This document shows positions 1 to 8,625 of a stretch of 64,000 nucleotides of DNA, piece after piece. Position 1 is the stretch's first letter. Each line of letters starts with the position of its first letter. The notes under the pieces were generated by a model. That model was not told where the DNA came from, did not search any database, and saw nothing but the letters and a program-made list of their open reading frames with translations. The stretch comes from Candidatus Sumerlaeaceae bacterium. Its GTDB lineage: Bacteria > Sumerlaeota > Sumerlaeia > Sumerlaeales > Sumerlaeaceae. The stretch spans positions 107,813-171,812 of the forward strand of contig JBMFRB010000007.1 of assembly GCA_049968255.1 (NCBI GenBank), in the 5' to 3' direction. Made by a program: the position numbers and the translations under genes.

Positions 1-1
1 C

Positions 2-1951
2 TTTTATCAATGCAGCTACAAGGAAGACGGCACGTTGGCAAGCATCGTCCCGGTTCGGCAGGATGTTCCTGGGCGTATCCAGAAGACGAATTACGATTTG
101 CGCTCCGATTTTGGCAGCGTCAAGCCAGTGGTCCCGCTGACAAGGATTGTTCACGACCGGTTTGCGATCGAAATCAAGCGGGGTTGCATGACTGGTTGCC
201 GATTCTGCCAGGCCGGGATGATTACGCGCCCGCTGCGAGAACGCTCCCCGCAACAAATTATTGAAATTGCACGGCACGGAATCCGTAACACGGGTTACGA
301 GGAGATTTCCCTCTTGTCGCTCTCAAGCGCAGATTACTCGCAGATTCTGGCTTTGACACATGCGCTCCATGCAGAATTTGGACCGAGAGGCATATCGATT
401 TCGCTGCCCTCGCTACGCATTAACGCTTTTGACGTCGAGTTAGCCGACGCCATCGCGACTGTGAGAAAAACTGGTTTCACATTTGCTCCGGAAGCTGGAA
501 CAGAGCGGCTACGGCGTGTGATCAACAAAGTTGTCGATGAGGAGCGACTGGTTACGACCATCGAGCGCGTGCTGCAGAAGGGCTGGCGCACGCTGAAGTT
601 CTACTTCATGTGCGGCTTACCCACAGAGACCGACGCCGACCTCGACGGAATCGTCGAAATTGCGCGCAAGGCCATTGAGCTGGGTAAACGCTACTGTGGA
701 AGGAACTTTCAGCTCAATGTTTCGCTTTCACCTTTCGTGCCGAAGCCCCATACACCGTTCCAGTGGCATGCGCAGCCGACGCTGGATGAACTCGAGAGAA
801 AGTATTCCTATGTTGACCAACGTCTGGATAAGCGTTATGTGTCCTTCAAAAAACACAACGTTTACGAGAGTGTGATTGAGGGCGTGCTCAGCCGGGCAGA
901 TCGGCGAGTTGGGCGCGCGATTTATCGCGCTTGGCAGTTAGGTTGTAAATTTGATAACTGGCACGAGCATTTCCGTTTCGACTTGTGGCAGCAGGCCTTT
1001 GCCGAGACAGGAATTGATCCATATTTCTATGCGCACCGGGAGCGACATCCGGATGAGGTCTTGCCGTGGGATCATATCGAGGCATCGCTGGGAAAAAAAT
1101 TCCTGTGGAAGGAAAAAGAAAAGGCTGAGCAAGTTGCGTTCACGCCTGACTGTTCGACGAACAAATGTGCCGGCTGCAACGTTTGCGACTTTCGCGAAGT
1201 AAAAAATATTTTGTCTGTGCGCGAGGATGGAGAGTTTTTCGCGCCGACATCAGAGACCCCGTCGCTTCGCGAGCAAGAGATGCCGGTTGAACGGGTGCGG
1301 CTGACCTACTCAAAATCTGGGGCACTCCGCTTTATCTCGCATCTCGATTTTGTCAAAGTCATTACACAGATCATGAGAAGAGTGGATCTGCCCTTAGCCT
1401 TCACTCACGGCTTCAATCCGCAGGCGCGTTTGCAGTTTGCGCCGCCGCTTCCTCTCGGTTTTGAGGCCGCCGCCGATCTCGTGGACATATGGCTGACAGA
1501 GTGGATGTCCGAGGATGAGCTACTGAGCCTCTTGCGCACCATTGAGCTTGATGGCTTGAGCTGGCTTCGCTGCGAACAAATCGCCATGGATCTTCCTTCG
1601 CTTGGATCCGATGTCGTCGGGGCAAACTACGAGATTTGTTTTCCGGCCTCCCAAGTAGATTTGCTTCTTCTTTCGGAACGTTTTCGCAAATTCGAAAAGG
1701 CCATCGAATGGCCTCTGACCTTGGAGAAAAAAGGAAAGACTGCCAGGCGCGATCTCAAGCGCTCGATTGGTAAATTATCGTGGATGGCGACAGACGATGC
1801 CGTCGTTGTTGAAATGCAGATGTCGCTCGTGAGCGGCGAGCATGTGAACCCCCTGGCTGCGCTGGAAGCCATCTTGGGGATGCGGTTCACATCATGCGTT
1901 TTTGTGGTGCGAAAGTCTTTAATACTCCAGAGTCACGTCGCTGCCGTTTAA
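2..1951 (+). CDS. TIGR03960-type radical SAM protein fused to a C-terminal TIGR03936/DUF2344 domain (5' partial)
   Basis: Frame is open to the window edge. CxxxCxxC motif CMTGCRFC, FTFAPEAGTERLR, KLYFM-like TLKFYFMCGLP. C-terminal part begins RLTYSKSGALRFISHLDF and contains FTHGFNP. Confidence 0.85.
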   Translation, partial: FYQCSYKEDGTLASIVPVRQDVPGRIQKTNYDLRSDFGSVKPVVPLTRIVHDRFAIEIKRGCMTGCRFCQAGMITRPLRERSPQQIIEIARHGIRNTGYEEISLLSLSSADYSQILALTHALHAEFGPRGISISLPSLRINAFDVELADAIATVRKTGFTFAPEAGTERLRRVINKVVDEERLVTTIERVLQKGWRTLKFYFMCGLPTETDADLDGIVEIARKAIELGKRYCGRNFQLNVSLSPFVPKPHTPFQWHAQPTLDELERKYSYVDQRLDKRYVSFKKHNVYESVIEGVLSRADRRVGRAIYRAWQLGCKFDNWHEHFRFDLWQQAFAETGIDPYFYAHRERHPDEVLPWDHIEASLGKKFLWKEKEKAEQVAFTPDCSTNKCAGCNVCDFREVKNILSVREDGEFFAPTSETPSLREQEMPVERVRLTYSKSGALRFISHLDFVKVITQIMRRVDLPLAFTHGFNPQARLQFAPPLPLGFEAAADLVDIWLTEWMSEDELLSLLRTIELDGLSWLRCEQIAMDLPSLGSDVVGANYEICFPASQVDLLLLSERFRKFEKAIEWPLTLEKKGKTARRDLKRSIGKLSWMATDDAVVVEMQMSLVSGEHVNPLAALEAILGMRFTSCVFVVRKSLILQSHVAAV

Positions 1952-3024
1952 CGGGAGCGTAGCGCTCGACCAATGCGTGTGAGTAACAATTCCAAGACGT
2001 AAGTGCGATCAGTCTGGCGGGGAACATACTCATAGGCATTCATGACGGCACGGCTAGCTTGCACAAGCGCCTCGACGTCGCTTGCCCCGGCAAATTTTCG
2101 GACTTGGTCAGTAACGTCACGAAAGATCGCAAGTTGAGCAGCGGTGCTCGCTGAAACAGTTCGCTGAAGCAAGGCATCCCGCAGCCACGCAAGAAGTGCA
2201 TCGAGCGTTTGTGTGAGCTTTTCCGAGGCGTCGCCTTCGTGACATCTCTGGGCGAGACGACGAGCCGTGCCGAAGAGCGCCAGAAAACCGTGCTCGCGGA
2301 ACTGGATCATTTCCGTTGCCAGTGCGGCGTGGTCGGCGTGAGCGTCTTGGTTAAGCATCTCTAAAAAGCGACCTGGCCGTCCGCCACTGATTGAGAGAAG
2401 CAGGTGGCGAGCTTCGGGAGATAAATCGGGCGCCAGTTCTCTGCTAAATGCTTCCATTTCGCGAATGCTGACGGGAGAAAGGTTCAATGGAGCGCACCGC
2501 GACCGGATCGTGGGCAGGACGTCAGTTGGTCGCGAAGCGAGCAGGAAAATCTTCAAGTACGACGGAGGCTCTTCTATCAATTTTAGCAAATAATTAGCTA
2601 ACGAGAGGTTCATCCGCTCAGCTTTTCGAAAGACTAACACTTTGCAGCGGCATTCGAGCGGCGGTGCGTCAACAAAACGATAATATTGAAGGTCGTCGGG
2701 GTCATCCTTGCCTGGCTTCCATCCGCTCAACGTGAGCTGGCCAGAGGCGCTTCGCGGCTCAATGAGGAGGAAATCCGGTGTACGACCAAGGCGAATTTTG
2801 CGGCAAATATGACAGGGGCATTCAGGTGGCGCTCCGAATTTGCAGTTGAGCAGTTTTGTGGTTGCGTAAGCGAGACTCGTGCGGCCGATGCCGGAAGGGC
2901 CAGTTATGAGCACAGCATGCGGCAGGACATCGTCCGCCACCGCGTTGTGCAGATATTGTTTTATGGACTCGTGGCCGACTAAAGTGCGCAATGTGTGTTC
3001 GCGCGGATCAATGATAGGGTTCAT
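1948..3024 (-). CDS. holB: DNA polymerase III delta-prime subunit
   Basis: PHAVLITGPSGIGR, Zn motif CPCHIC, AERMNLSLANYLLKLIEEPP, LPTIRSRC (SRC motif). ATG at 3024 preferred. Confidence 0.85.
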   Translation of the reverse strand: MNPIIDPREHTLRTLVGHESIKQYLHNAVADDVLPHAVLITGPSGIGRTSLAYATTKLLNCKFGAPPECPCHICRKIRLGRTPDFLLIEPRSASGQLTLSGWKPGKDDPDDLQYYRFVDAPPLECRCKVLVFRKAERMNLSLANYLLKLIEEPPSYLKIFLLASRPTDVLPTIRSRCAPLNLSPVSIREMEAFSRELAPDLSPEARHLLLSISGGRPGRFLEMLNQDAHADHAALATEMIQFREHGFLALFGTARRLAQRCHEGDASEKLTQTLDALLAWLRDALLQRTVSASTAAQLAIFRDVTDQVRKFAGASDVEALVQASRAVMNAYEYVPRQTDRTYVLELLLTRIGRALRSR

Positions 3025-3084
3025 GCCTACCTTCTTTCGGCGGGACAAAATTAGCGTGGAAAGGGGTGCCTTCGGCAAGTATCT

Positions 3085-3693
3085 TCAAGGGGCCACACTT
3101 TCCTGCTCAAGTTCGGAGAGATATTCCCGGATCAGGACTTTCGCGTGATACGCGTCGCGCAAAAGCACGTGGATGTCGCCTCCATGATGGCCGAGCACGG
3201 TGGCTTGCGAGAGTGTGCAAGGAATGCCCTGATTGCGAAGAAGGCCTAACACGAGACTGCACTTGAGCGGATCAGAAATCCGCGCAACACGAATGGTGGT
3301 ATCGTTGCCATAGGAGGTGGTTCGAGAATCGTCTTCTTCCGGCTCACTTTGAAGTTCTACGCCGCATTCCTCGCAGATCTCCGTTTCAGGCACGTAGGCA
3401 CTTGCGCACACCGGACAATACCGGAGTGGTAGGACCTCAAGCGAGGCGTTGGCCACACCGTCAATGCCAAGCGCTGTCTCCTCTTCTGTCGGTGCTTGGG
3501 ATGTTTTGCTTACGGTGTGCTGACGAGTCGGAGAGCGTCCAATTTTGCGCATCAATAGCTGCAGGGCGGCCACAATTGCCAACGTGGGAAGAATTGTGCC
3601 GACCGACGCCGTGGACAGGCCGTGAAAAGACGTTGCGTCGGCATAACCAATGCCGGTCGTCACCGTTGTAATTTCTTGCGCTTGCGCTGACAT
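3085..3693 (-). CDS. Hypothetical membrane-anchored protein with zinc ribbon and DUF2007-like C-terminus
   Basis: One TM helix, YCPVC-x9-CEECG, C-terminal LVLGLLRNQGIPC...IHVLLRDAYHAKVLI. The ORF extension to 3930 overlaps the divergent gene, so start set at ATG 3693. Confidence 0.6.
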   Translation of the reverse strand: MSAQAQEITTVTTGIGYADATSFHGLSTASVGTILPTLAIVAALQLLMRKIGRSPTRQHTVSKTSQAPTEEETALGIDGVANASLEVLPLRYCPVCASAYVPETEICEECGVELQSEPEEDDSRTTSYGNDTTIRVARISDPLKCSLVLGLLRNQGIPCTLSQATVLGHHGGDIHVLLRDAYHAKVLIREYLSELEQESVAP

Positions 3694-3804
3694 AGTTCTT
3701 GGTTTAGTCTTCCATGGCAATATATTGTTTTTGTGGCAAGGCATTTCCGGGACGAGAGGAGGCGGAGATATTGCGTATCGCACGCTGAGAAAAAACGATA
3801 GATG

Positions 3805-3824
3805 TCTACAATTTTTATAGGAGA
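3805..3824 (+). promoter_or_regulatory. Candidate Rrf2/CymR operator, copy 1
   Basis: TCTACAATTTTTATAGGAGA, 16/20 identical to 6698-6717, directly upstream of the Rrf2 gene. Confidence 0.55.
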
Positions 3825-3850
3825 TTTCGGTAAAAGATTGCGGTGACGGC

Positions 3851-4285
3851 ATGAAACTGACGAAGAAAGCAGAGTATGCGATTCGAGCGATGATTGCGCT
3901 GGGGAGGGACCCCGCGAGCCAGCGCACCATTGCGAGTATTGCGCAGGAGCAGAAGATTCCGAAAAAATTCCTGGAGCAAATTTTGCTGGCCCTAAAAGGC
4001 GCTGGTCTGGTGGTGAGCCGTGCTGGCCCCCACGGTGGTTATCGCCTTGCGAAAGGAGCTGAGGCAATCTCGCTGGGGTCAATTTTACAAGCGATTGACG
4101 AGCCCTTGGCGCGAGGCATCGTTCGTGGTGGGAGCCGACGAGTCAGTGGCGAGTCCCCTCTCGACCACGTGTTGGCCGAAATTCGTCAGTGTTTGGCGCA
4201 GCGAATCAATCAGGTCACGCTTGCAGAACTCGCGGCTGAAGGCACCACCCCTGAACAGGTGGAAGAACTCATGTGGTACATCTAA
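3851..4285 (+). CDS. Rrf2-family regulator, CymR-like
   Basis: [36 protein letters not shown]. Lacks the IscR three-Cys set. C-terminal MWYI resembles the CymR MFYI tail. Adjacent to cysK. Confidence 0.85.
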   Translation: MKLTKKAEYAIRAMIALGRDPASQRTIASIAQEQKIPKKFLEQILLALKGAGLVVSRAGPHGGYRLAKGAEAISLGSILQAIDEPLARGIVRGGSRRVSGESPLDHVLAEIRQCLAQRINQVTLAELAAEGTTPEQVEELMWYI

Positions 4286-4304
4286 ATTTGTGGAGGACAA
4301 ATTC

Positions 4305-5279
4305 ATGGCACGGGTTTTCAACAACATTATCGAAACAATTGGCAATACACCCCTGGTTCGCCTGAACAAGGTCACAGAGGGAGCCGAGGCGACTGTTTTG
4401 GCGAAGCTGGAATTTTTCAATCCCTTGTCCAGCGTAAAGGACCGCATTGGAGCGGCGATGATCGAATGGCTTGAGAAGAACAAGGGAATCGAGCCGGGAA
4501 AGACTACGCTCATTGAACCGACGAGTGGCAACACGGGCATTGCTCTTGCGTTCGTTGCAGCAGCCCGAGGCTATCGGCTGATTCTTACCATGCCCGAAAC
4601 GATGTCTATTGAGCGCAGAAAACTGCTTAAAATTCTAGGGGCCAAGCTGGTGTTGACCGAAGGTACGAAAGGGATGAAGGGAGCTATTGCTAAGGCAGAA
4701 GAGTTGGCGCAGAAGATTCCGAATGCGGTGATTCCACAGCAGTTTTCAAATCCCGCAAATCCTGAAATTCACCGGAAGACAACGGCGGAAGAAATTTGGC
4801 ATGATACGGATGGCGAAGTCGATTACGTGGTGGCAGGGGTCGGGACAGGCGGCACGATCACGGGTGTCGCCGAGGTGATCAAATCGCGGCGGCCGTCGTT
4901 CAAGGCCATCGCTGTTGAGCCGGCTGGCTCACCGGTGTTGAGCGGCGGTCAACCAGGTCCGCACAAGATCCAAGGTATCGGCGCTGGTTTCGTTCCGGAG
5001 GTTCTGAACACGAAGATCATTGACGAGGTCATAACCGTGCGCGAGGAGGATGCCGCAGTTTACGCCAAGCGCGTGGCTCGCGAGGAAGGGATTGGCATCG
5101 GCATATCGAGCGGGGCGGCTGTGTGGGCAGCGTGCCAAGTGGCCAAGCGTCCAGAAGCAAAAGGCAAAACCATTGTGGTGATCATTCCGTCACCAGCCGA
5201 GCGCTACCTTAGTTCTTGGCTTTTCCAGGATATTGATGTGGAAAGCGACGACGTCGAAGGCGAAATGGGTTTGCGCTAA
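4305..5279 (+). CDS. cysK: Cysteine synthase A
   Basis: [19 protein letters not shown] (PLP Lys), [32 protein letters not shown] precedes ATG 4305. Confidence 0.95.
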   Translation: MARVFNNIIETIGNTPLVRLNKVTEGAEATVLAKLEFFNPLSSVKDRIGAAMIEWLEKNKGIEPGKTTLIEPTSGNTGIALAFVAAARGYRLILTMPETMSIERRKLLKILGAKLVLTEGTKGMKGAIAKAEELAQKIPNAVIPQQFSNPANPEIHRKTTAEEIWHDTDGEVDYVVAGVGTGGTITGVAEVIKSRRPSFKAIAVEPAGSPVLSGGQPGPHKIQGIGAGFVPEVLNTKIIDEVITVREEDAAVYAKRVAREEGIGIGISSGAAVWAACQVAKRPEAKGKTIVVIIPSPAERYLSSWLFQDIDVESDDVEGEMGLR

Positions 5280-5319
5280 TTCGCTAAGGCCACAAGTCCG
5301 CGAAAGGAGGGAGCAGGCC

Positions 5320-5709
5320 ATGTTTTTTAGACGTTTTCTCGCAATGAGAGGAAGTCTTCTCTTTGTTGTGGCCCTGCTTTCAGGTTGTGGCTCTGCTCCC
5401 CCCCTCCCCTTTAGCAATGTGCCGGTGACTATTCCGGCTTTCACCTCCGACCGCCCAACAACCACGAGTGTGATGCGCGTCGGCAGTTGGATCGAAGAAA
5501 CTGTGGCACTTCCGAGTGCCAAATTGGAAGACGTCGAAAGAGCAGTTCAACGCTTAAAGAATGAGGGGTGGAGGGTGTTACAGACCGAAATGCAGGTGAA
5601 TTCGTGGCAGTTCCTGCTCGAAAAAGAAGGTGTCCAGGTCAATTTTCTTTATCACGCCGGACGCGGCGCCACAGTGATAGCTCGCCGTCGAGCAGAGGGA
5701 AAAGATTGA
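5320..5709 (+). CDS. Small hypothetical lipoprotein
   Basis: SD AGGAGG, basic N-terminus, hydrophobic core, lipobox LLSGC. Lies between cysK and the ABC ATPase. Confidence 0.6.
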   Translation: MFFRRFLAMRGSLLFVVALLSGCGSAPPLPFSNVPVTIPAFTSDRPTTTSVMRVGSWIEETVALPSAKLEDVERAVQRLKNEGWRVLQTEMQVNSWQFLLEKEGVQVNFLYHAGRGATVIARRRAEGKD

Positions 5710-5721
5710 AAGGGCCAACGC

Positions 5722-6564
5722 ATGCGGCTTGAGCTCAAGGACATTTCTCGAACGTACGTTAGCCATCGGCGCAACGGTTTCAACCAGGTGGCCGCGCTTG
5801 GTCCACTGTCGTTGACAATCGACTCGCGCGAGTTTTTTGCGATCTTAGGCCCGTCCGGCTGCGGCAAGTCGACCTTGCTCAACGTGATTGCTGGCTTCGA
5901 AAAATCGGACACTGGCGAAGTTCGGCTCGATGGCAAGCTCGTCCGCCAGCCGGGACCGGATCGAGCCGTCGTGTTTCAGGAACCGGGATTGATGCCATGG
6001 TTGACCGTGCGCGAGAACATCGAGTATGGTCTCAAATTACAAGGCCTAAGTCCTGCTGAAAGAAGAGACCGCGCGATGCATTATCTTAAAATGGTCCACC
6101 TGTCTAAGTATGCGGACGCGCGCCCTCATGAGCTGTCCGGAGGCATGAAGCAACGGGTAAGCATCGCTCGCGCGCTGGCTTTGGAGCCTCGGATTCTGCT
6201 CATGGACGAGCCGTTCAGTGCGCTGGACGCCCAAACACGCGATCTTTTGCACGATGAGCTCCAGAGGATCTGGATCGAGACTCACGTGACGGTGATTTTC
6301 GTGACGCACAATATCAATGAGGCGGTTTATCTGGCGGACAAGATTTTGATCATGACGGCGCCTCCGGGCCAGGTCAAGCGAGTTCTACGGGTACCTTTCG
6401 CCCGTCCCAGGCAGAAGACGTCCTCAGATTTGAGCGTATTTGCGGCCATGCTGCACAAGGAAATCAAGGAAGAGGTGGACAAAGTCGCTGCGCGTGAATT
6501 TGATCCGGATTGGACGCCGGCCGTGCGCGGGGAGGCACTTGTTGACCCGGCTGCCGAGATTTGA
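5722..6564 (+). CDS. SsuB/TauB/NrtD-type ABC ATPase
   Basis: GPSGCGKST, VVFQEPGLMPW, LSGGMKQR, LLMDEPFSALD, VTHN. Confidence 0.92.
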   Translation: MRLELKDISRTYVSHRRNGFNQVAALGPLSLTIDSREFFAILGPSGCGKSTLLNVIAGFEKSDTGEVRLDGKLVRQPGPDRAVVFQEPGLMPWLTVRENIEYGLKLQGLSPAERRDRAMHYLKMVHLSKYADARPHELSGGMKQRVSIARALALEPRILLMDEPFSALDAQTRDLLHDELQRIWIETHVTVIFVTHNINEAVYLADKILIMTAPPGQVKRVLRVPFARPRQKTSSDLSVFAAMLHKEIKEEVDKVAAREFDPDWTPAVRGEALVDPAAEI

Positions 6565-6697
6565 GCACGAAGGCTAGTCCGCGGCCTTTTGTCTCCGCCA
6601 ACAGCGTGAATTGGCTCCGAACTAGCACCGCACCCCTGAGAGGAGGGAGCAATGAGGTAGATGGCCAAGAAGAGGAGGCATAATGATTATCTATAAA

Positions 6698-6717
6698 TCT
6701 ACTATTTGTATCGGTGA
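6698..6717 (+). promoter_or_regulatory. Candidate Rrf2/CymR operator, copy 2
   Basis: TCTACTATTTGTATCGGTGA, 16/20 identical to 3805-3824, in an AT-rich spacer just upstream of the substrate-binding gene. Confidence 0.55.
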
Positions 6718-6732
6718 AGTGAGGTTTGGATA

Positions 6733-7836
6733 TTGATTAGAAAACACTTATCGAGCTTCAGTAAAATCTTCAGTTTAGCGCTCTCTGTGACCCTTTTCTT
6801 AGCAGGTTGCCTTAGACTGGAATCTCGGCAGTCTGAAGAGGTCATTCGTCTCGGCTTCTTTGCTAATGTGGCGCATGCGCCTGCAATTATCGGTGTGGAA
6901 CGGGGGGACTTCGAGAAAAGCTTTGCCCCTCTTGGGGTGAAGGTGCAGCCAGTGCTATTTTCGTCGGGGCCAGCGGTCATTGAAGCCATTTACGCAAGCC
7001 GACTCGACATTGCCTACGTTGGCCCTGGCCCGGCAATCAATGGCTACGTGAGAAGCGGGGGAAGCGCAATCCGCGTTGTCAGTGGGTGTGCTGCCAACGG
7101 GGTGGCCGTTGTGACTCGAAAAGATAGCGAAATCAGGGGCTGGCCGGACCTCGCAGGGAAACGGGTGGCCATTCCTGCCATCGGTAATACTCAATTTTTT
7201 TCTGCCACGTATTTTCTCGATCGCCTCACCACAAACCCTGATGCGAAAGAGAAAACCGTACTGATGCCGGTACACCTTGGTGATGCAGCATTGCTTCTGA
7301 AAAAGCATCAAGTCGACGCAGCATGGCTGCCTGAACCCTGGCCCGCAAAGCTGGAGATCGAAGACGCAATGGCCATCGTTGGCGAAGAGCGTGAACTTTG
7401 GCCCGAAGGTAAATTTCCGTCAACTCTTTTAGTCGTTCGCCGCGAATTTGCGGCTAAGCATCCGGAGTGGGTGAAACGCTTTATCGGCATTCACGAGACT
7501 CTTTGTGCGGAGTTGTCGTCCGAAACAAAGCATCTGGCTGGTGCGCTTGCCGACGGAATATACAAACTCAGCAAAACACGAATCAGCAAACACGTCGTGG
7601 CAAGAGCTCTCGATCGAATCACATTCACGACCGATCCACTTTCTCAACAAATTCATCGTTTTTATGAGATGGCAAGTGTGTCTGGGTTTTTGAGAAGAGC
7701 GCAACGTGTCGATCTCGATGGGATGTTTTTCGAGGAAGAGCTCAGATTTGGCCCTGCTACTCGGGGGTTTTCCGCGGCAAGTGCGGGACGGCTTCCTTCC
7801 ATTGCGTCCAGTGTTTCAGGAGGCGAATCGCAATGA
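6733..7836 (+). CDS. SsuA-like ABC substrate-binding lipoprotein (aliphatic sulfonate/sulfur-compound family)
   Basis: Lipobox LAGC, IRLGFFANVAHAPA, FSSGPAVIEA, LDIAYVGPGPAIN, DAAWLPEPW. TTG start with SD GAGGT. Confidence 0.85.
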   Translation: MIRKHLSSFSKIFSLALSVTLFLAGCLRLESRQSEEVIRLGFFANVAHAPAIIGVERGDFEKSFAPLGVKVQPVLFSSGPAVIEAIYASRLDIAYVGPGPAINGYVRSGGSAIRVVSGCAANGVAVVTRKDSEIRGWPDLAGKRVAIPAIGNTQFFSATYFLDRLTTNPDAKEKTVLMPVHLGDAALLLKKHQVDAAWLPEPWPAKLEIEDAMAIVGEERELWPEGKFPSTLLVVRREFAAKHPEWVKRFIGIHETLCAELSSETKHLAGALADGIYKLSKTRISKHVVARALDRITFTTDPLSQQIHRFYEMASVSGFLRRAQRVDLDGMFFEEELRFGPATRGFSAASAGRLPSIASSVSGGESQ

Positions 7837-8621
7837 GAGCAAAATGGATCTCTGAAGAGAGCAGAAGATCTCTTGTGGCTCAGCTTGTTTTTGTTGGGCT
7901 TTTTTTGGCCGCTTGGCAAATTCTTGCGAGCACTCGAGTGCTTCCGGCCTATTTGTTTCCGCCTCCGTCTGCGGTGTTTCAGGCTTTTGCGGATATGCTT
8001 TCCGGGGGCATGCTTTGGCAGAGTGTGGGCCTTAGTGTCTATCGGATGCTTGTGGGCTATGGCATTTCTTTGGTTTTGGGCACCGTGATCGGGGTCATGC
8101 TTGCGCGGTCGTGGGCGGCTAAGGCGACGCTGGGTTCCTTGGTTCTTGCTCTGCAGTCCCTGCCCAGTATTTGTTGGCTTCCTTTTGCTTCACTGTTTGT
8201 GGGCCTGGACGAACGTGCTATTGTGGTGGTGGTCATTTTAGGGGCGACGTTTTCCATTGCGGTCGCGACGGAAAATGCGATTCGAAATGTGCCGCCCATT
8301 TACGTAAAAGTGGGGCAAGTTCTGGGAGCGAGAGGTCTTGTGTTTGCGCGCGATATCCTTTTTTTCGCTGCGCTGCCCGAGTGGCTTGGCGGAATGAAAC
8401 TGGGCTGGTCGTTTGCGTGGCGCAGCTTGATGGCGGCGGAGCTCATTCGGCAGGATGCGCTTGGAGTCGGACGGCTGCTTGAGATAGGGCGAGCATTTAA
8501 CGATGTGCCGATGATGCTGGCGGCGATCTTCGTGATTGTTCTCCTCGGCGTGGGAGTTGATCGCGGTGTCTTTGGGACGATCGAAACGAAGGTTCGGCGA
8601 GTCTATGGCCTTCAGAAATAA
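7833..8621 (+). CDS. SsuC/TauC-type ABC permease
   Basis: LFPPPSAV, LQSLPSICWLP, LGWSFAWRSLMAAEL. ATGA overlap with the upstream gene. Confidence 0.9.
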   Translation: MRAKWISEESRRSLVAQLVFVGLFLAAWQILASTRVLPAYLFPPPSAVFQAFADMLSGGMLWQSVGLSVYRMLVGYGISLVLGTVIGVMLARSWAAKATLGSLVLALQSLPSICWLPFASLFVGLDERAIVVVVILGATFSIAVATENAIRNVPPIYVKVGQVLGARGLVFARDILFFAALPEWLGGMKLGWSFAWRSLMAAELIRQDALGVGRLLEIGRAFNDVPMMLAAIFVIVLLGVGVDRGVFGTIETKVRRVYGLQK

Positions 8622-8625
8622 AAAG

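Noticed and set aside
2870-2910. Walker A Lys replaced by Arg in holB
   Set aside because: Delta-prime is an inactive AAA+ subunit, so a degenerate P-loop is expected.
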